DNA from: Octopus bimaculoides
Taxonomy: Eukaryota
Direction of reading: 5' to 3'
DNA length: 32,475 bases
Assembly (NCBI RefSeq): GCF_001194135.2
Contig: NC_068994.1
Span: 57,228,664 to 57,261,138, forward strand
The notes under the pieces were generated by a model. That model was not told where the DNA came from. It did not search any database and saw only the letters and a list, made by a program, of their open reading frames with translations. Numbering within the stretch: the stretch's first letter is position 1; every line of letters starts with the position of its first letter. Positions 11,161-22,454 of this stretch are shown piece by piece. The position numbers and the translations under genes are program-made.

Positions 11161-11391
11161 AAGCAACTTCTTGTATAAAAATGTATCTTCATATACCATA
11201 TGCAAATATGGATAGGGTGATCACCATAAGCTAAATCAATCCTAATGGACCTTGATCGAAACAGCAACACCAGTGATGCAGTGCCGATGATCACCTTAAT
11301 TTATGTAGAAGACATGTGCACTGGAAATAGTTTTATACCGAATGGTGACGCTTTATGAACACTTTTACCAGAAGAGCAGAAGAAGCACTGA

Positions 11392-11703
11392 GAAGGTGCG
11401 TGGTCTAGTGTTTAGGATATTCGCTTTACGACCAAATGGTCATGAGTTCAATTCGCAGTGGTGCCTTGGCTCATTGAGCAAGACACTTTATTTCACGTTG
11501 CATCAGTTCAGTCAGTTAAAAAAACAATGTGTTGTACCTGTAATTCCAAGGCCCAGTCTTGCTACGTTCACGGTCACGCAGAATCACTCTGAGAACTACG
11601 TTAAGTGTACGGGTGTCTGTGGGGTGTGGAGCCGCTTGTAAGTTAATTTCACGGGCCAGATTTAGGTTCAGATGAACTCATCGTCGTAACAGACGGAGTG
11701 CCA
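11392..11703 (+). mobile_element. SINE family C, near full length (tRNA-like head + central core + tail)
   Basis: A-box-like tggtctagtg and B-box-like gagttcaattc, then the core ttgagcaagacactttatttcacgttgc and tail tcgtcgtaacagacggagtgcca. The head is shared with 20661-20738. Confidence 0.85.
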
Positions 11704-12474
11704 GATTTAGGTTCAGAAGCATCGGTAGAGGGCGTTTATTTTATACCTTCCCAGAATGACATGTTAGTCTAGTTGGAATTACATCGAAATACGCTGCACA
11801 ATCTTGGGTGGAAAATAAATTTTGCAGAAATACTATTGAACAGAAAAATGATTTGTGAAACATTTTCAGGCAAGAAATATGCCAAGTTCATTCTTATACT
11901 TTCTTTCTTTTTCTTTTTTTTTTTTTGTTTTCTTTACTTCGTGTACTGATTTGATGAATTTGAAAATAATAGCTCATTTGTCAATATTAATAGATTAATA
12001 TTTCAACAATGAATTGACATAACAGTTCAAATGAAAATGTTAAATATGATGTGTTCACGATATTTGCAATAAATATTTTAAGATTTGAAAAATAACTATA
12101 AATGAAGAAAATCAATCACATGACTTTTAATATGTAGACAAAAGACTTTGAGTAATACGCATGGAAAAATACAAGACGACACCATCTATATATAGATTCC
12201 GCCTGATCTTCGGATTAATTAACTTGCGGAACAGAGAAATTGAATGAAATTGGAAATTGACAGATTTAATACGTTCTGTAGACAATTGTAGTTTTGAGTT
12301 TATCAATCAATTATATAACTTAAAATTGGAAGGTAAATAGACAGAGTTGAATAAGCTATAGAATGTTTTATTTAATTTTAAATTAAATATTTTATGTAGA
12401 TTTATGGCAATGTATATTTACCAATCTACCTTTCAAATTTTCACATTCGAAATTTATCTTACTAGATACCGATA

Positions 12475-12477
<3 letters not shown>

Positions 12478-12516
<39 letters not shown>

Positions 12517-12625
12517 TATGCTGTGTGTGTGTCTATGCTGTGTGTGTATGTGTATACATATACATATGCAGATAGATATATGTGTGCATGTGTGTATGTG
12601 TATATGTGTAGAAGCATGTATGTGT
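12478..12625. repeat. (TG)n compound microsatellite
   Basis: Directly visible. Confidence 0.92.
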
Positions 12626-13524
12626 CACTTGTTAAAGTTATCTCTATAGATTTTCTATAGTTTTATAGCACTGCTAACACAGTAGAACAGAGAACTGACT
12701 TATAAAATTTTTAATATATTTGTAGTAAATTATGGTTCCATAATGAAATACGGGTCCCCCGCCGGTCATTAACATGTACATGTGTGTGTGTGTGTATATA
12801 TATATATGAGAGTTATTTGAGGGGTTTAAAAATACACCTGAGTATTAAAACGTGTGGTAGTTTTAAAATTTTGCTAAAGATTACAGATTTATAAAATGCC
12901 AAACCGGTTTCTACTCGTTTTTGTTTTGCAATGGTAAACAAAAAGTTAAGGAAAGATTGAGCTGCTTAAAAGGTCAAATGTTCATACAAATTCCAATATT
13001 CAATAAACTTCGCAGAGATACAATGACACAAGGTCAACTGTTCGATGAATCTCATAACAGTTACTCATAATTGAAAGTTCCGTAACACTAAGTTAAATGT
13101 TTGTATTATCGCACATGCATATACGTTCATAATACCGAGCAATAAATAGTTCTCTCACCATATCAACACGTGTAACTGCACTTCAGCAATGGGTAGATAC
13201 TGATGGGAAGTCCGATCTCGCTGTTATATTACATTTCTGCGTAATCGAGAAAATTGAAGACGATTACATACTAAGCTCATATCAATGGGATATACACAAC
13301 CTCGGAAACTATGCCATTTTCGTTTCTGTTTTTAGTAGTAGTAGTAGTAGTAGTAGTAATAAACTATATGCCATCAGGGTGATGGATATCGTGGGGCAAT
13401 ACAAAGACAGACACATTGTATGCATTGGTAGGCCATTAAAATAAGCACCAGATTGTTCATTTACAAAGTCATGTGATAGAGGAAAAGGGGAAGAAAGATA
13501 GAGAGAAAAAGGAAAAAAATAAAA

Positions 13525-13833
<309 letters not shown>

Positions 13834-15481
13834 TTCGATTCCGTTTCGCTTCCCATCCCAGTAAAATTAAGAGCAAGCGACGAAACGCTGAATTCAACAA
13901 CCCGCAGGTTAAACGAACTTATCATACATTTGTAACACCCTAATGCTAAATAATTTGAATTTAATTCCCGTATATTGTATATATTTCGTAGAAGCGATTA
14001 TTGTAGGATCTGACTGTAGATCTTTCTAATTAGTTATTCACCTCATTTTCTGTCAGACATTTTACATTTCCGGTATTTACTCCTTCAAATCAAACGTGTC
14101 AGTCCGTTATAAGTTTAGTATTCACTGGGCATGTATTTTTAATGCTTTTGTAATCCTTTGATATATCCCCAAATTCTTAGGTGTGAAATGTGCAAAGATT
14201 GTTATTTGCTACTGTCTCAAAGAGTGAAATGCTTAGGAATTCCATCAACGTCCAGCATTCCTTGACGTATTTCTGTCTGAAAAGCTTACGCAGGAATTCA
14301 AAATCTAATTTGTGACAATTCCTATAGAATAAAAACAAATACAAAACCAGTAATAAATAAAATAAGAAAATGTCACAAACAAAACGAAAATTAAGAGGAG
14401 ACCAGCTGAAAAGACTAAGCCGAAAATAGAAATGAATGAATAATGAATGAGTTAAGATTGTGTGAGATGATTCATCGCAAAATCTGCAACAAAATATGAA
14501 GTAAATATTTCCCGAAAAGTGCGTTTGACGTCTTCCGTTTGAATAGAGACCTTCCCATGAGGCATTGGTAAATCAAAAATTTCTGAGACAACCCTTCTCA
14601 ATAACTTTTCTCTTGGCATCCATGTAAACCATAAATACTTAGAATACCAGGATTCTAAGATTTTATTCTTCTTAAAATAGTCCCAGGAGGTTATCATTAA
14701 CACAAGGTACAAAGTACTCAATATCTGCCGAGAAAGACATATTTCAAAAGAGTGACCAAATTCTATGTAACGACTTTTTGCCAATTTCCTTAAAAACAGG
14801 GATTGATTCAGTAATATCCAATATTCAGTTCATGTGATTGCTGAAATGAGATTCCCATAGTCTTTAAATTAAATATTTCCATTTGGTTGTGCTTGCATCA
14901 AATAAAATAGGTTCATTTTGTAACCGATAATTTCCCATGCTCTAATAATGAAGTCTATTTTTTAGAACGATGTCTGATAAGAAATAGTAAATTTACTTTA
15001 TAAACTCCTAATTAATTTATTATAATGGATTAATTTATTATAATATTCAAATGATTTGATGATTAAGAAATACCAATATCGTTGTTGTTGTGTTAGTTAG
15101 TACCGAGTTATACTTGATCCAGTATACTTAAAAGAAAAGGTGTCCCCCACTGCGACAAAACCAGCTTATGTTTTCAGATGTAAGGAATATAGAATAGGCG
15201 TTTCCAAACTGAACAGCAAGCATTTATTTCCACTATCCAACGGACGCATTTACTGATTCCAGATTGTAGTTTTTTCAATTATATAATTTAAAAAAAGAAA
15301 CAGAGACCACAAGAACATTTGATGTAGACGTATTTAATGAAGGAATATGAATGGTTTAGGACTGTTTGGTTACGGTATATACTAATCATTAGTTTATAAG
15401 TTATTTCTTTATTCTTATTTGAATTTAATTATCCTCTATGTCAGTTGTTTGTTGTAGAAATATGAAATGAAATTACTGAAA

Positions 15482-15745
15482 AGGTCAGATGCCGTAGTGG
15501 TTAAGAGTTCGAGCTACTAACCCCAAGATTCCGAGTTCGATTCCAGGACGTGACCTGAATAATAATAACAATAATAACAACATCGAAAAATACCTTAGGA
15601 ATGAGAACCGAGGTTCGAACTTTCCCCAAGACACATGATGAAGGCTGGAGGGTATATCAGACGAAACATTGTGTTAACAACAAGCAAGATGAGGACAAAT
15701 ATTCGTCAAATGTAAATAATTCCTCATCTCTTAAATATAGAACAA
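15482..15745 (+). mobile_element. SINE family D: tRNA-Arg-like head + (AAT/AAC)n linker + hammerhead-like segment + 3' hairpin
   Basis: Acceptor-like stem aggtca (15482-87)/tgacct (15551-56), A box and B box gagttcgattcc (15533-44). The segment ctactaaccccaagattccgagttcgattccagg resembles tRNA-Arg(ACG) ctacggatcagaagattccaggttcgactcctgg. A 9-bp stem agatgagga/tcctcatct lies at 15687-95/15721-29. Confidence 0.8.
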
Positions 15746-16779
15746 GTCAGATGTGGAGTAAACAAGTTTCCAGTGAGTAAATTGAATGGAGAAGTATGGG
15801 AACCCCTCAACTACAATATTACTGAATGTGTTCGACATCATTTAAGAAGTTGGATTGTATTTGGAGGGTGGTTTACATGCTATTTTTAACATGTCGACTG
15901 ACCATGCTGAGTTTTCGTCTTTGACTTACATTTGCTGTTATTGTTTCACTCTGGGTCATCACCGGTTGGGTACAACCATGATTAAAACATGTCAGCTGTA
16001 ATCATTGTGTCTCATATTTTTCCCATTTTGCGAGAACATTTGAGCGTATACAATGTGGCTCCCTCTGTGCAGTTGGATTTTTGAGGGAATTTTGGTTACT
16101 TTTTCTAGATGTCCGAAAGACCATTTAGCGATTCTCTCACTTTCTCATCATACAAAATACACATCGTCTCTGCGCATTTGGTATGATGTTACTGACGATT
16201 TTCGTGAAAGATTTGTTTGTTAGCGCTCAAAGTGTTAACACATATATGTCCCGCATATGCATTTACGCGTAGCTTAATGTTTGTTTTCCTCTAAGATTTC
16301 TTCATTGTGTTTAACGAAAACTTTGAATCGTAGGAATGGACGTTCATGCCCAGAATTTAATATATGGAATGTAAAAGAACAATTTCCCCAGCAGAGACAA
16401 CGCTAATTAAATTAATTTAATATCTATGTCAAGTTGAAAGTAAGAAAACAGAAGGACAATAATGTATTTGGTTTCGGATAAAATTATATTAATAAATGAC
16501 AAAACTTTCCTCACACATAGTTCTATTGTGATATATAGCATATCAGATCTAATCACACATTATATATATTTTTCTTAAAACAAGAAGGCAGGCAAAGAAG
16601 ACAATAATAGAAGACAGTACAAGCACGGAAATAAGGGGAAATATACATAACAGAGCAAGCATGAGTTTATGCTTATATAGAAGAAAGGAAAATGTTGTTG
16701 AACAATGATTAAAGGTTGGGGACATAGCTTAAAATAATATAACTATTAAGTTTTGACCCACCAGAGTACAAGTTCGTTG

Positions 16780-16965
16780 GTTTTAAAATTTGTCACAAGG
16801 CCACCAAGTCCGGAAGAGGAGGTAAGTTGATTGCATCGACTCCAGTGTTCAACTGGTACTTATTCCATCGACCCCGGAAAGGATGAAAGGCAACGTCGAT
16901 CTCGGAAGAATTTAAACTCAGAACATAGCGGCAGACGAAATGCCAATTTCTTTATTACCCACAGG
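16780..16965 (-). mobile_element. SINE family A copy with the same alternative 5' segment as the 8020 copy
   Basis: Contains atcgaccccggaaaggatgaaaggcaacgtcgatctcggaagaatttaaactcagaac, then gacgaaatgcc|aatttctttattacccacagg. Confidence 0.88.
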
Positions 16966-17044
16966 TAAGAATGGGACACCGTCTTGTAAACCTCAATAGC
17001 GTTATCCACTTCACGCCTTCTTAAAAATTAGAGACACAATACCT

Positions 17045-17142
17045 TATGGTATTTGTTCCACTTCTGTGAGTTCTGCGTTCAAATAACGCCGAAATCAGCT
17101 TTACTTTTCATTTGCTATTCACCTTTCCACGGTCGATGAATA
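17045..17142 (+). mobile_element. Old, degenerate SINE family A fragment
   Basis: gagttctgcgttcaaataacgccgaaatcagctttacttttcat...ggtcgatgaa aligns loosely to the family A middle. Confidence 0.55.
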
Positions 17143-18423
17143 GAATCTCAGCATAATGCCGTGGACCAGTATGTATGTATGTACGTATGTATGTATGAGT
17201 GTGCGTGTGTATGTATGTGTGTGATTGTGTGTCTTGTAAATGACAAAAGCTATATATTAAACATTAGCTTATTCGCTTCGTCTCTTGTAACTAATGATTG
17301 TTAAAAAATAATAGACTGTTACAATATGAGAAGGTCTATACTGAATCACTGGAAACCAGCTCGCTTTTCATAGTCCGGCATTACTTGACTCAACCTACTT
17401 ATTTATTCTTCTTAGCGCCTCTCCCGACAATGACAGAAAAACCACACATGAAGAAACTTATTAAAATAGATGTGATTGTTTAGTATCGTTGCTAGGGGTT
17501 TCGCTTCTCTAATATTTACTTTAATAATTCTGAAAACAAAATCAAAACAAGAAAAATACTTCAGGACAAATAGAAGCACTGCTGTGTAAGATATGTGAGT
17601 TTAAAATACCAAAAACTACATTAGTGTTTCGAATATTGATTTTTCGTATACGCGTCACAGTTGTTTTCAGTAATTAGGAACAACAACAGCGAAATGACTT
17701 GAGTGAAATAAAAGCAAGGAAAATTCGCTCTCTAATGATGTTTAGAGGAAGAGAATCAAGAGAGGGTGGAGAGAGTGAAATAGTGATGGAGACTCAGAGA
17801 TTGCAATAACATATATATATATATATATATANNNNNNNNNNNNNNNNNNNNNNNNNNNNNNNNNNNNNNNNNNNNNNNNNNNNNNNNNNNNNNNNNNNNN
17901 NNNNNNNNNNNNNNNNNNNNNNNNNNNNNNNNNNNNNNNNNNNNNNNNNNNNNNNNNNNNNNNNNNNNNNNNNNNNNNNNNNNNNNNNNNNNNNNNNNNN
18001 NNNNNNNNNNNNNNNNNNNNNNNNNNNNNNNNNNNNNNNNNNNNNNNNNNNNNNNNNNNNNNNNNNNNNNNNNNNNNNNNNNNNNNNNNNNNNNNNNNNN
18101 NNNNNNNNNNNNNNNNNNNNNNNNNNNNNNNNNNNNNNNNNNNNNNNNNNNNNNNNNNNNNNNNNNNNNNNNNNNNNNNNNNNNNNNNNNNNNNNNNNNN
18201 NNNNNNNNNNNNNNNNNNNNNNNNNNNNNNNNNNNNNNNNNNNNNNNNNNNNNNNNNNNNNNNNNNNNNNNNNNNNNNNNNNNNNNNNNNNNNNNNNNNN
18301 NNNNNNNNNNNNNNNNNNNNNNNNNNNNNNNNNNNNNNNNNNNNNNNNNNNNNNNNNNNNNNNNNNNNNNNNNNNNNNNNNNNNNNNNNNNNNNNNNNGG
18401 GAGAGAGAGAGGGGGAGAGAGAT

Positions 18424-18457
<34 letters not shown>

Positions 18458-18954
18458 TTAGCGGTTATAGTAACCGACTAAGGGATAAAATATCCGTATA
18501 TACTATCAGTATCCGTTTCCTGTGTTAACCTCAGCAAATGGAGTGCAGGGACACCATATACGTCGAGCGCAGGTAACAGCAGGAAGAACCAATGCAAATA
18601 ATTAGAAAATGGAGAAGAACAGAGATTTACCAGCGCATCGATATGACTACATCATCTTGATGGAATTTCGAAATTACGCGATAAGGTTTTATCAAACTAT
18701 TTCATTCTGCGAGTGTATCTCGCCAACGAAAGATATTGTGGCTTCCTGCTCGTAGTCCCGAATATTTCATGAGGTTAGTGCTTTTGTGTGGCTGCTCGAG
18801 TTAAATTTTAGCTCTCATTTCTAGCAATTTTAAGTGCTACTTTGCACCCTCATTTATTAATTTTACTTCTTAGGTTTTAATTGCTATAGCCACCTATATT
18901 ATAATGTATTCAATATATCTTAATATATTAATATATTATCATAATATCTTTTTG

Positions 18955-19061
18955 TATTCTGTTGTGTCTGGGGAGAGTCATTTTCTTACTGTGCCTTAAG
19001 ATTTAACACACTCACCGGTAGGTACAATAAGAAAATGACTCTCCCCAGACACAACAGAATA
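18955..19061. mobile_element. 107-bp MITE-like inverted-repeat element
   Basis: Perfect 34-bp inverted repeat tattctgttgtgtctggggagagtcattttctta (18955-88)/(19028-61), extending 8 more bp at 6/8. The spacer is 23 nt and both ends are TA. Confidence 0.85.
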
Positions 19062-19155
19062 TGCTTCAACACACGAAATCACATAAAAAGTCTTGCAAAC
19101 CAAATCCAAAAACGAAATATCTTTTTATATGTTATATATATATATATATGTGATT

Positions 19156-19260
19156 TTTTTATTTTAATCTTAATAAATGCTAACAGTGAATTAGAAAACG
19201 GCTCAGAACTCATATCAGGGTAACTCACTATAAACATTATAATTAAGATTAAAATAAAAA
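19156..19260. repeat. Second AT-rich inverted-repeat (foldback) element, ~105 bp
   Basis: Perfect 19-bp arms tttttattttaatcttaat (19156-74)/attaagattaaaataaaaa (19242-60), with degenerate inner pairing of aatgctaacagtgaatta against taactcactataaacatt. Confidence 0.6.
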
Positions 19261-19981
19261 TTATCCGCCCCATATTTTCAAATATATATAAAAGAGTACC
19301 AAGAACTTTCTTTTTATTATTCTACNNNNNNNNNNNNNNNNNNNNNNNNNNNNNNNNNNNNNNNNNNNNNNNNNNNNNNNNNNNNNNNNNNNNNNNNNNN
19401 NNNNNNNNNNNNNNNNNNNNNNNNNNNNNNNNNNNNNNNNNNNNNNNNNNNNNNNNNNNNNNNNNNNNNNNNNNNNNNNNNNNNNNNNNNNNNNNNNNNN
19501 NNNNNNNNNNNNNNNNNNNNNNNNNNNNNNNNNNNNNNNNNNNNNNNNNNNNNNNNNNNNNNNNNNNNNNNNNNNNNNNNNNNNNNNNNNNNNNNNNNNN
19601 NNNNNNNNNNNNNNNNNNNNNNNNNNNNNNNNNNNNNNNNNNNNNNNNNNNNNNNNNNNNNNNNNNNNNNNNNNNNNNNNNNNNNNNNNNNNNNNNNNNN
19701 NNNNNNNNNNNNNNNNNNNNNNNNNNNNNNNNNNNNNNNNNNNNNNNNNNNNNNNNNNNNNNNNNNNNNNNNNNNNNNNNNNNNNNNNNNNNNNNNNNNN
19801 NNNNNNNNNNNNNNNNNNNNNNNNNNNNNNNNNNNNNNNNNNNNNNNNNNNNNNNNNNNNNNNNNNNNNNNNNNNNNNNNNNNNNNNNNNNNNNNNNNNN
19901 NNNNNNNNNNNNNNNNNNNNNNNNNNNNNNNNNNNNNNNNNNNNNNNNNNNNNNNNNNNNNNNNNNNNNNNNNNNNNNNNN

Positions 19982-20043
<62 letters not shown>

Positions 20044-20660
20044 CATGTGAAATAAGGTACACTTTGAAACACAGAAATATATGTGGTGCGCTTGATGCGC
20101 TCGTATATGTTCAGGTTTGCACTTGTAAATATATTATTTCTAGCTCAATATATTGTATTTCAGTCTCCTTAACGGCTGCTTCCCTACACATATCCATTAA
20201 CAGTTTAATGTACACGATCTTTTACTTGCATGTTATTTTGGGCAGCACTCTACACTTCTTACAGTTTAAAGTAATAGAATTACATCACTGTAGACTTATT
20301 TTTGAACAAAAGTGTTTAGTCCCTTGTAACATTTTTAGCAAGCATGCAACCATAAATTAAAATTCATTTCCTCTTTAATTCAGATATACGATAGACATTT
20401 TTCCTTATTTGATTGTCTATTTTTACAAAATGGAACCAAACCGCACAATGATCCGTTTTTACAGTGTCATCAAGAAATAGAAACACTTCTCATTCTTTGT
20501 ACAATATATATTAATCCTATTTTATTCCTCACTCTCACTCACTCTCTTTCTCTACCTCCCTCTCTATCTCTGTCACTCTGTCTCTCTCTCTCCTTCTCTC
20601 ACTTATTGATTTAAGTCAATGTATGTTATCGTTTTTGTTTTTGTTTGCTCTTCGGTCAGT

Positions 20661-20738
20661 TCCGATCAAGCAGGAATTGAGCCCATGGTCTAGCGATCGT
20701 GAGTGCAACATCCTTACCACTAGGCCACACGCCTTCAC
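20661..20738 (-). mobile_element. Head-only fragment of SINE family C (tRNA-like)
   Basis: The minus strand gtgaaggcgtgtggcctagtggtaaggatgttgcactcacgatcgctagaccatgggctcaattcc aligns with 11392-11455. Confidence 0.75.
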
Positions 20739-20999
20739 ACTTTCAATATTTGTTACCATATCTACCACAATAATTCAGCGTTTATGACAATGCCAGCAAT
20801 CAATGTCCTGTTGAATCAATTTCAGTTTTAACTAGTTCCTGGGTGTATGACATCAATAAAAAAAAAAGTGGGCCCCATTTAAAGAACTACACCAGCAGGC
20901 ATACTAAGTCATGCCATGTGTTTAACTAAAGAAAATTACGAGTAGAATAGTGAATAAGTTTTTCTCTTCCAATCATTTTTGCATCGGTTTATCATCTGA

Positions 21000-21735
21000 A
21001 AATATTATCTGTATAAGGAAAATGTCACCAGAGCAAACGTTGTTTAGAACAAATATCATTGGATGCTTGAAATTTCAGCAACTGCCTGTTTATCTTTTCA
21101 GCACCCCAAGACTAATGCGGAAGGACTCCATCTTTAAACTGCTCCCTAATCGAATAACTAATAGAAAATCATGGGTTATACAGGGACGGTTCGATGAACA
21201 CTGACACCTCCCTTTAAATGTCACAGCGTGTTGTGAAGTATAACTTTGAACCTAAGGAGTTTCTGCACCAAGACATCTTTCAAAATTTCTGATTCTTAAC
21301 GCTTGGGTATCTACTGAAATCGTTTCCATTCCAACGGGCGCAGTTTCGCCGCTTCAGATTATGGATCACGGAGTTATTTCCGTTTTTGTGGCATATCATC
21401 TTTGAAGCACTGTAAACCAGTTCATGAAATTGATTGATAACAAACACTACACCGATGAAGAATCCTGAAAAAAAAACATAACACTATACAAAAAATACAA
21501 TATTGAAGGTTCGTAGGTTCATTGGAATTTGGAAGCTTTATGATTCATTGAAGTTTGATAAAAAAAATTGTTTTCAAATGTAGTTAAGGATGGAACAGTC
21601 TGAATCGGTAATTGTTTTTGACAAATGATGCATGAAGCGAAATTTAAAGAAGATCATGCAGGTGATATTCGCAATTTATTGAATACTGATAACAGGGAGC
21701 CTAACCTATGAAGATATTAAGGAGTTAACACAACC
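21000..21735 (+). mobile_element. Decayed pogo/Tigger-type DDE transposase relic
   Basis: Frame segments LPVYLFSTPRLMRKDSIFKLLPNRITNRKSWV, IVSIPTGAVSPLQIMDHGVISVFVAYHL*ST (cf. Tigger [31 protein letters not shown]) and LTYEDIKELTQ occur in the expected order. Multiple stops and frameshifts; no TIRs recognised. Confidence 0.82.
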
Positions 21736-22386
21736 GTGTCTAGTACTGAGAGCGAGAACAGGACTCAGGTACAACAGAAATCCCGCTAGTGAAGCAATTC
21801 AGTTTTGGGAGGGATCTTCGGTGAACAATTCAAATAGTGAAAGAAAAATGAAATATGGAATATAGAAAAATGTTTAATGATAAAAGCTAAATTGTTAAAG
21901 AAAAGAATTTGAGGACCGTTAGAATAACGAGAAGCAGTCGACCGTTGATGTCATTACATGTGTAGCAGTAAGGATTAGAAGTGATGGAAGCGTAAATATG
22001 AAATAGGGTTTTTAATGGTATCGGGAAGAGATAAGATCTTTGTAGAAGAACAAATAAAAAGATATATAGACAGTATTGGGATTGAGAGAATAATACGTAG
22101 AAAACTTGTTTGAGCGATGGAGTTAGAATTCTATTTCATTGGAGTAGAAAATATAGAGACCTTGTTGAGACCTTGTATGTGTTTGAAGTATTTCAACGTA
22201 GTAAACATCTTTTTTGCCTTCTGACTTTGCTTTGCCTTAGTTGAAGACAATAAAGATGGTATGCAGCAAACTCGTGTGAAGGTGGCAGACCTTCCTCCAC
22301 CTTTCACCTCAGTTGATCTCTGTCTGTGCCACACATCCTCTAAGCTTCGTCTCAGGAGTAGTGGATTTCAAAACCACTTCAGGCAA

Positions 22387-22387
<1 letters not shown>

Positions 22388-22453
<66 letters not shown>
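22388..22453. repeat. (AGT)22 microsatellite
   Basis: Directly visible; it lies at the 3' end of the adjacent minus-strand SINE and may be its tail. A shorter (AGT)n sits at 13334-13357. Confidence 0.97.

Positions 22454-22454
<1 letters not shown>

Noticed and set aside
13133-13444. 103-codon stop-free + frame (…LQQWVDTDGKSDLAVILHFC…)
   Set aside because: It runs through an (AGT)n tract, has no early ATG or recognisable domain, and is expected by chance.
14452-14830. 110-aa minus-strand ORF (about 125 codons stop to stop) in non-repetitive sequence
   Set aside because: I recognise no motif, and a frame this long is roughly within chance expectation for six frames of 30 kb at this composition. 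A quick blastp would still be worthwhile.
15482-15556. Functional tRNA gene
   Set aside because: The anticodon arm does not pair properly and the sequence runs on into a SINE body, so it is treated as a SINE head.
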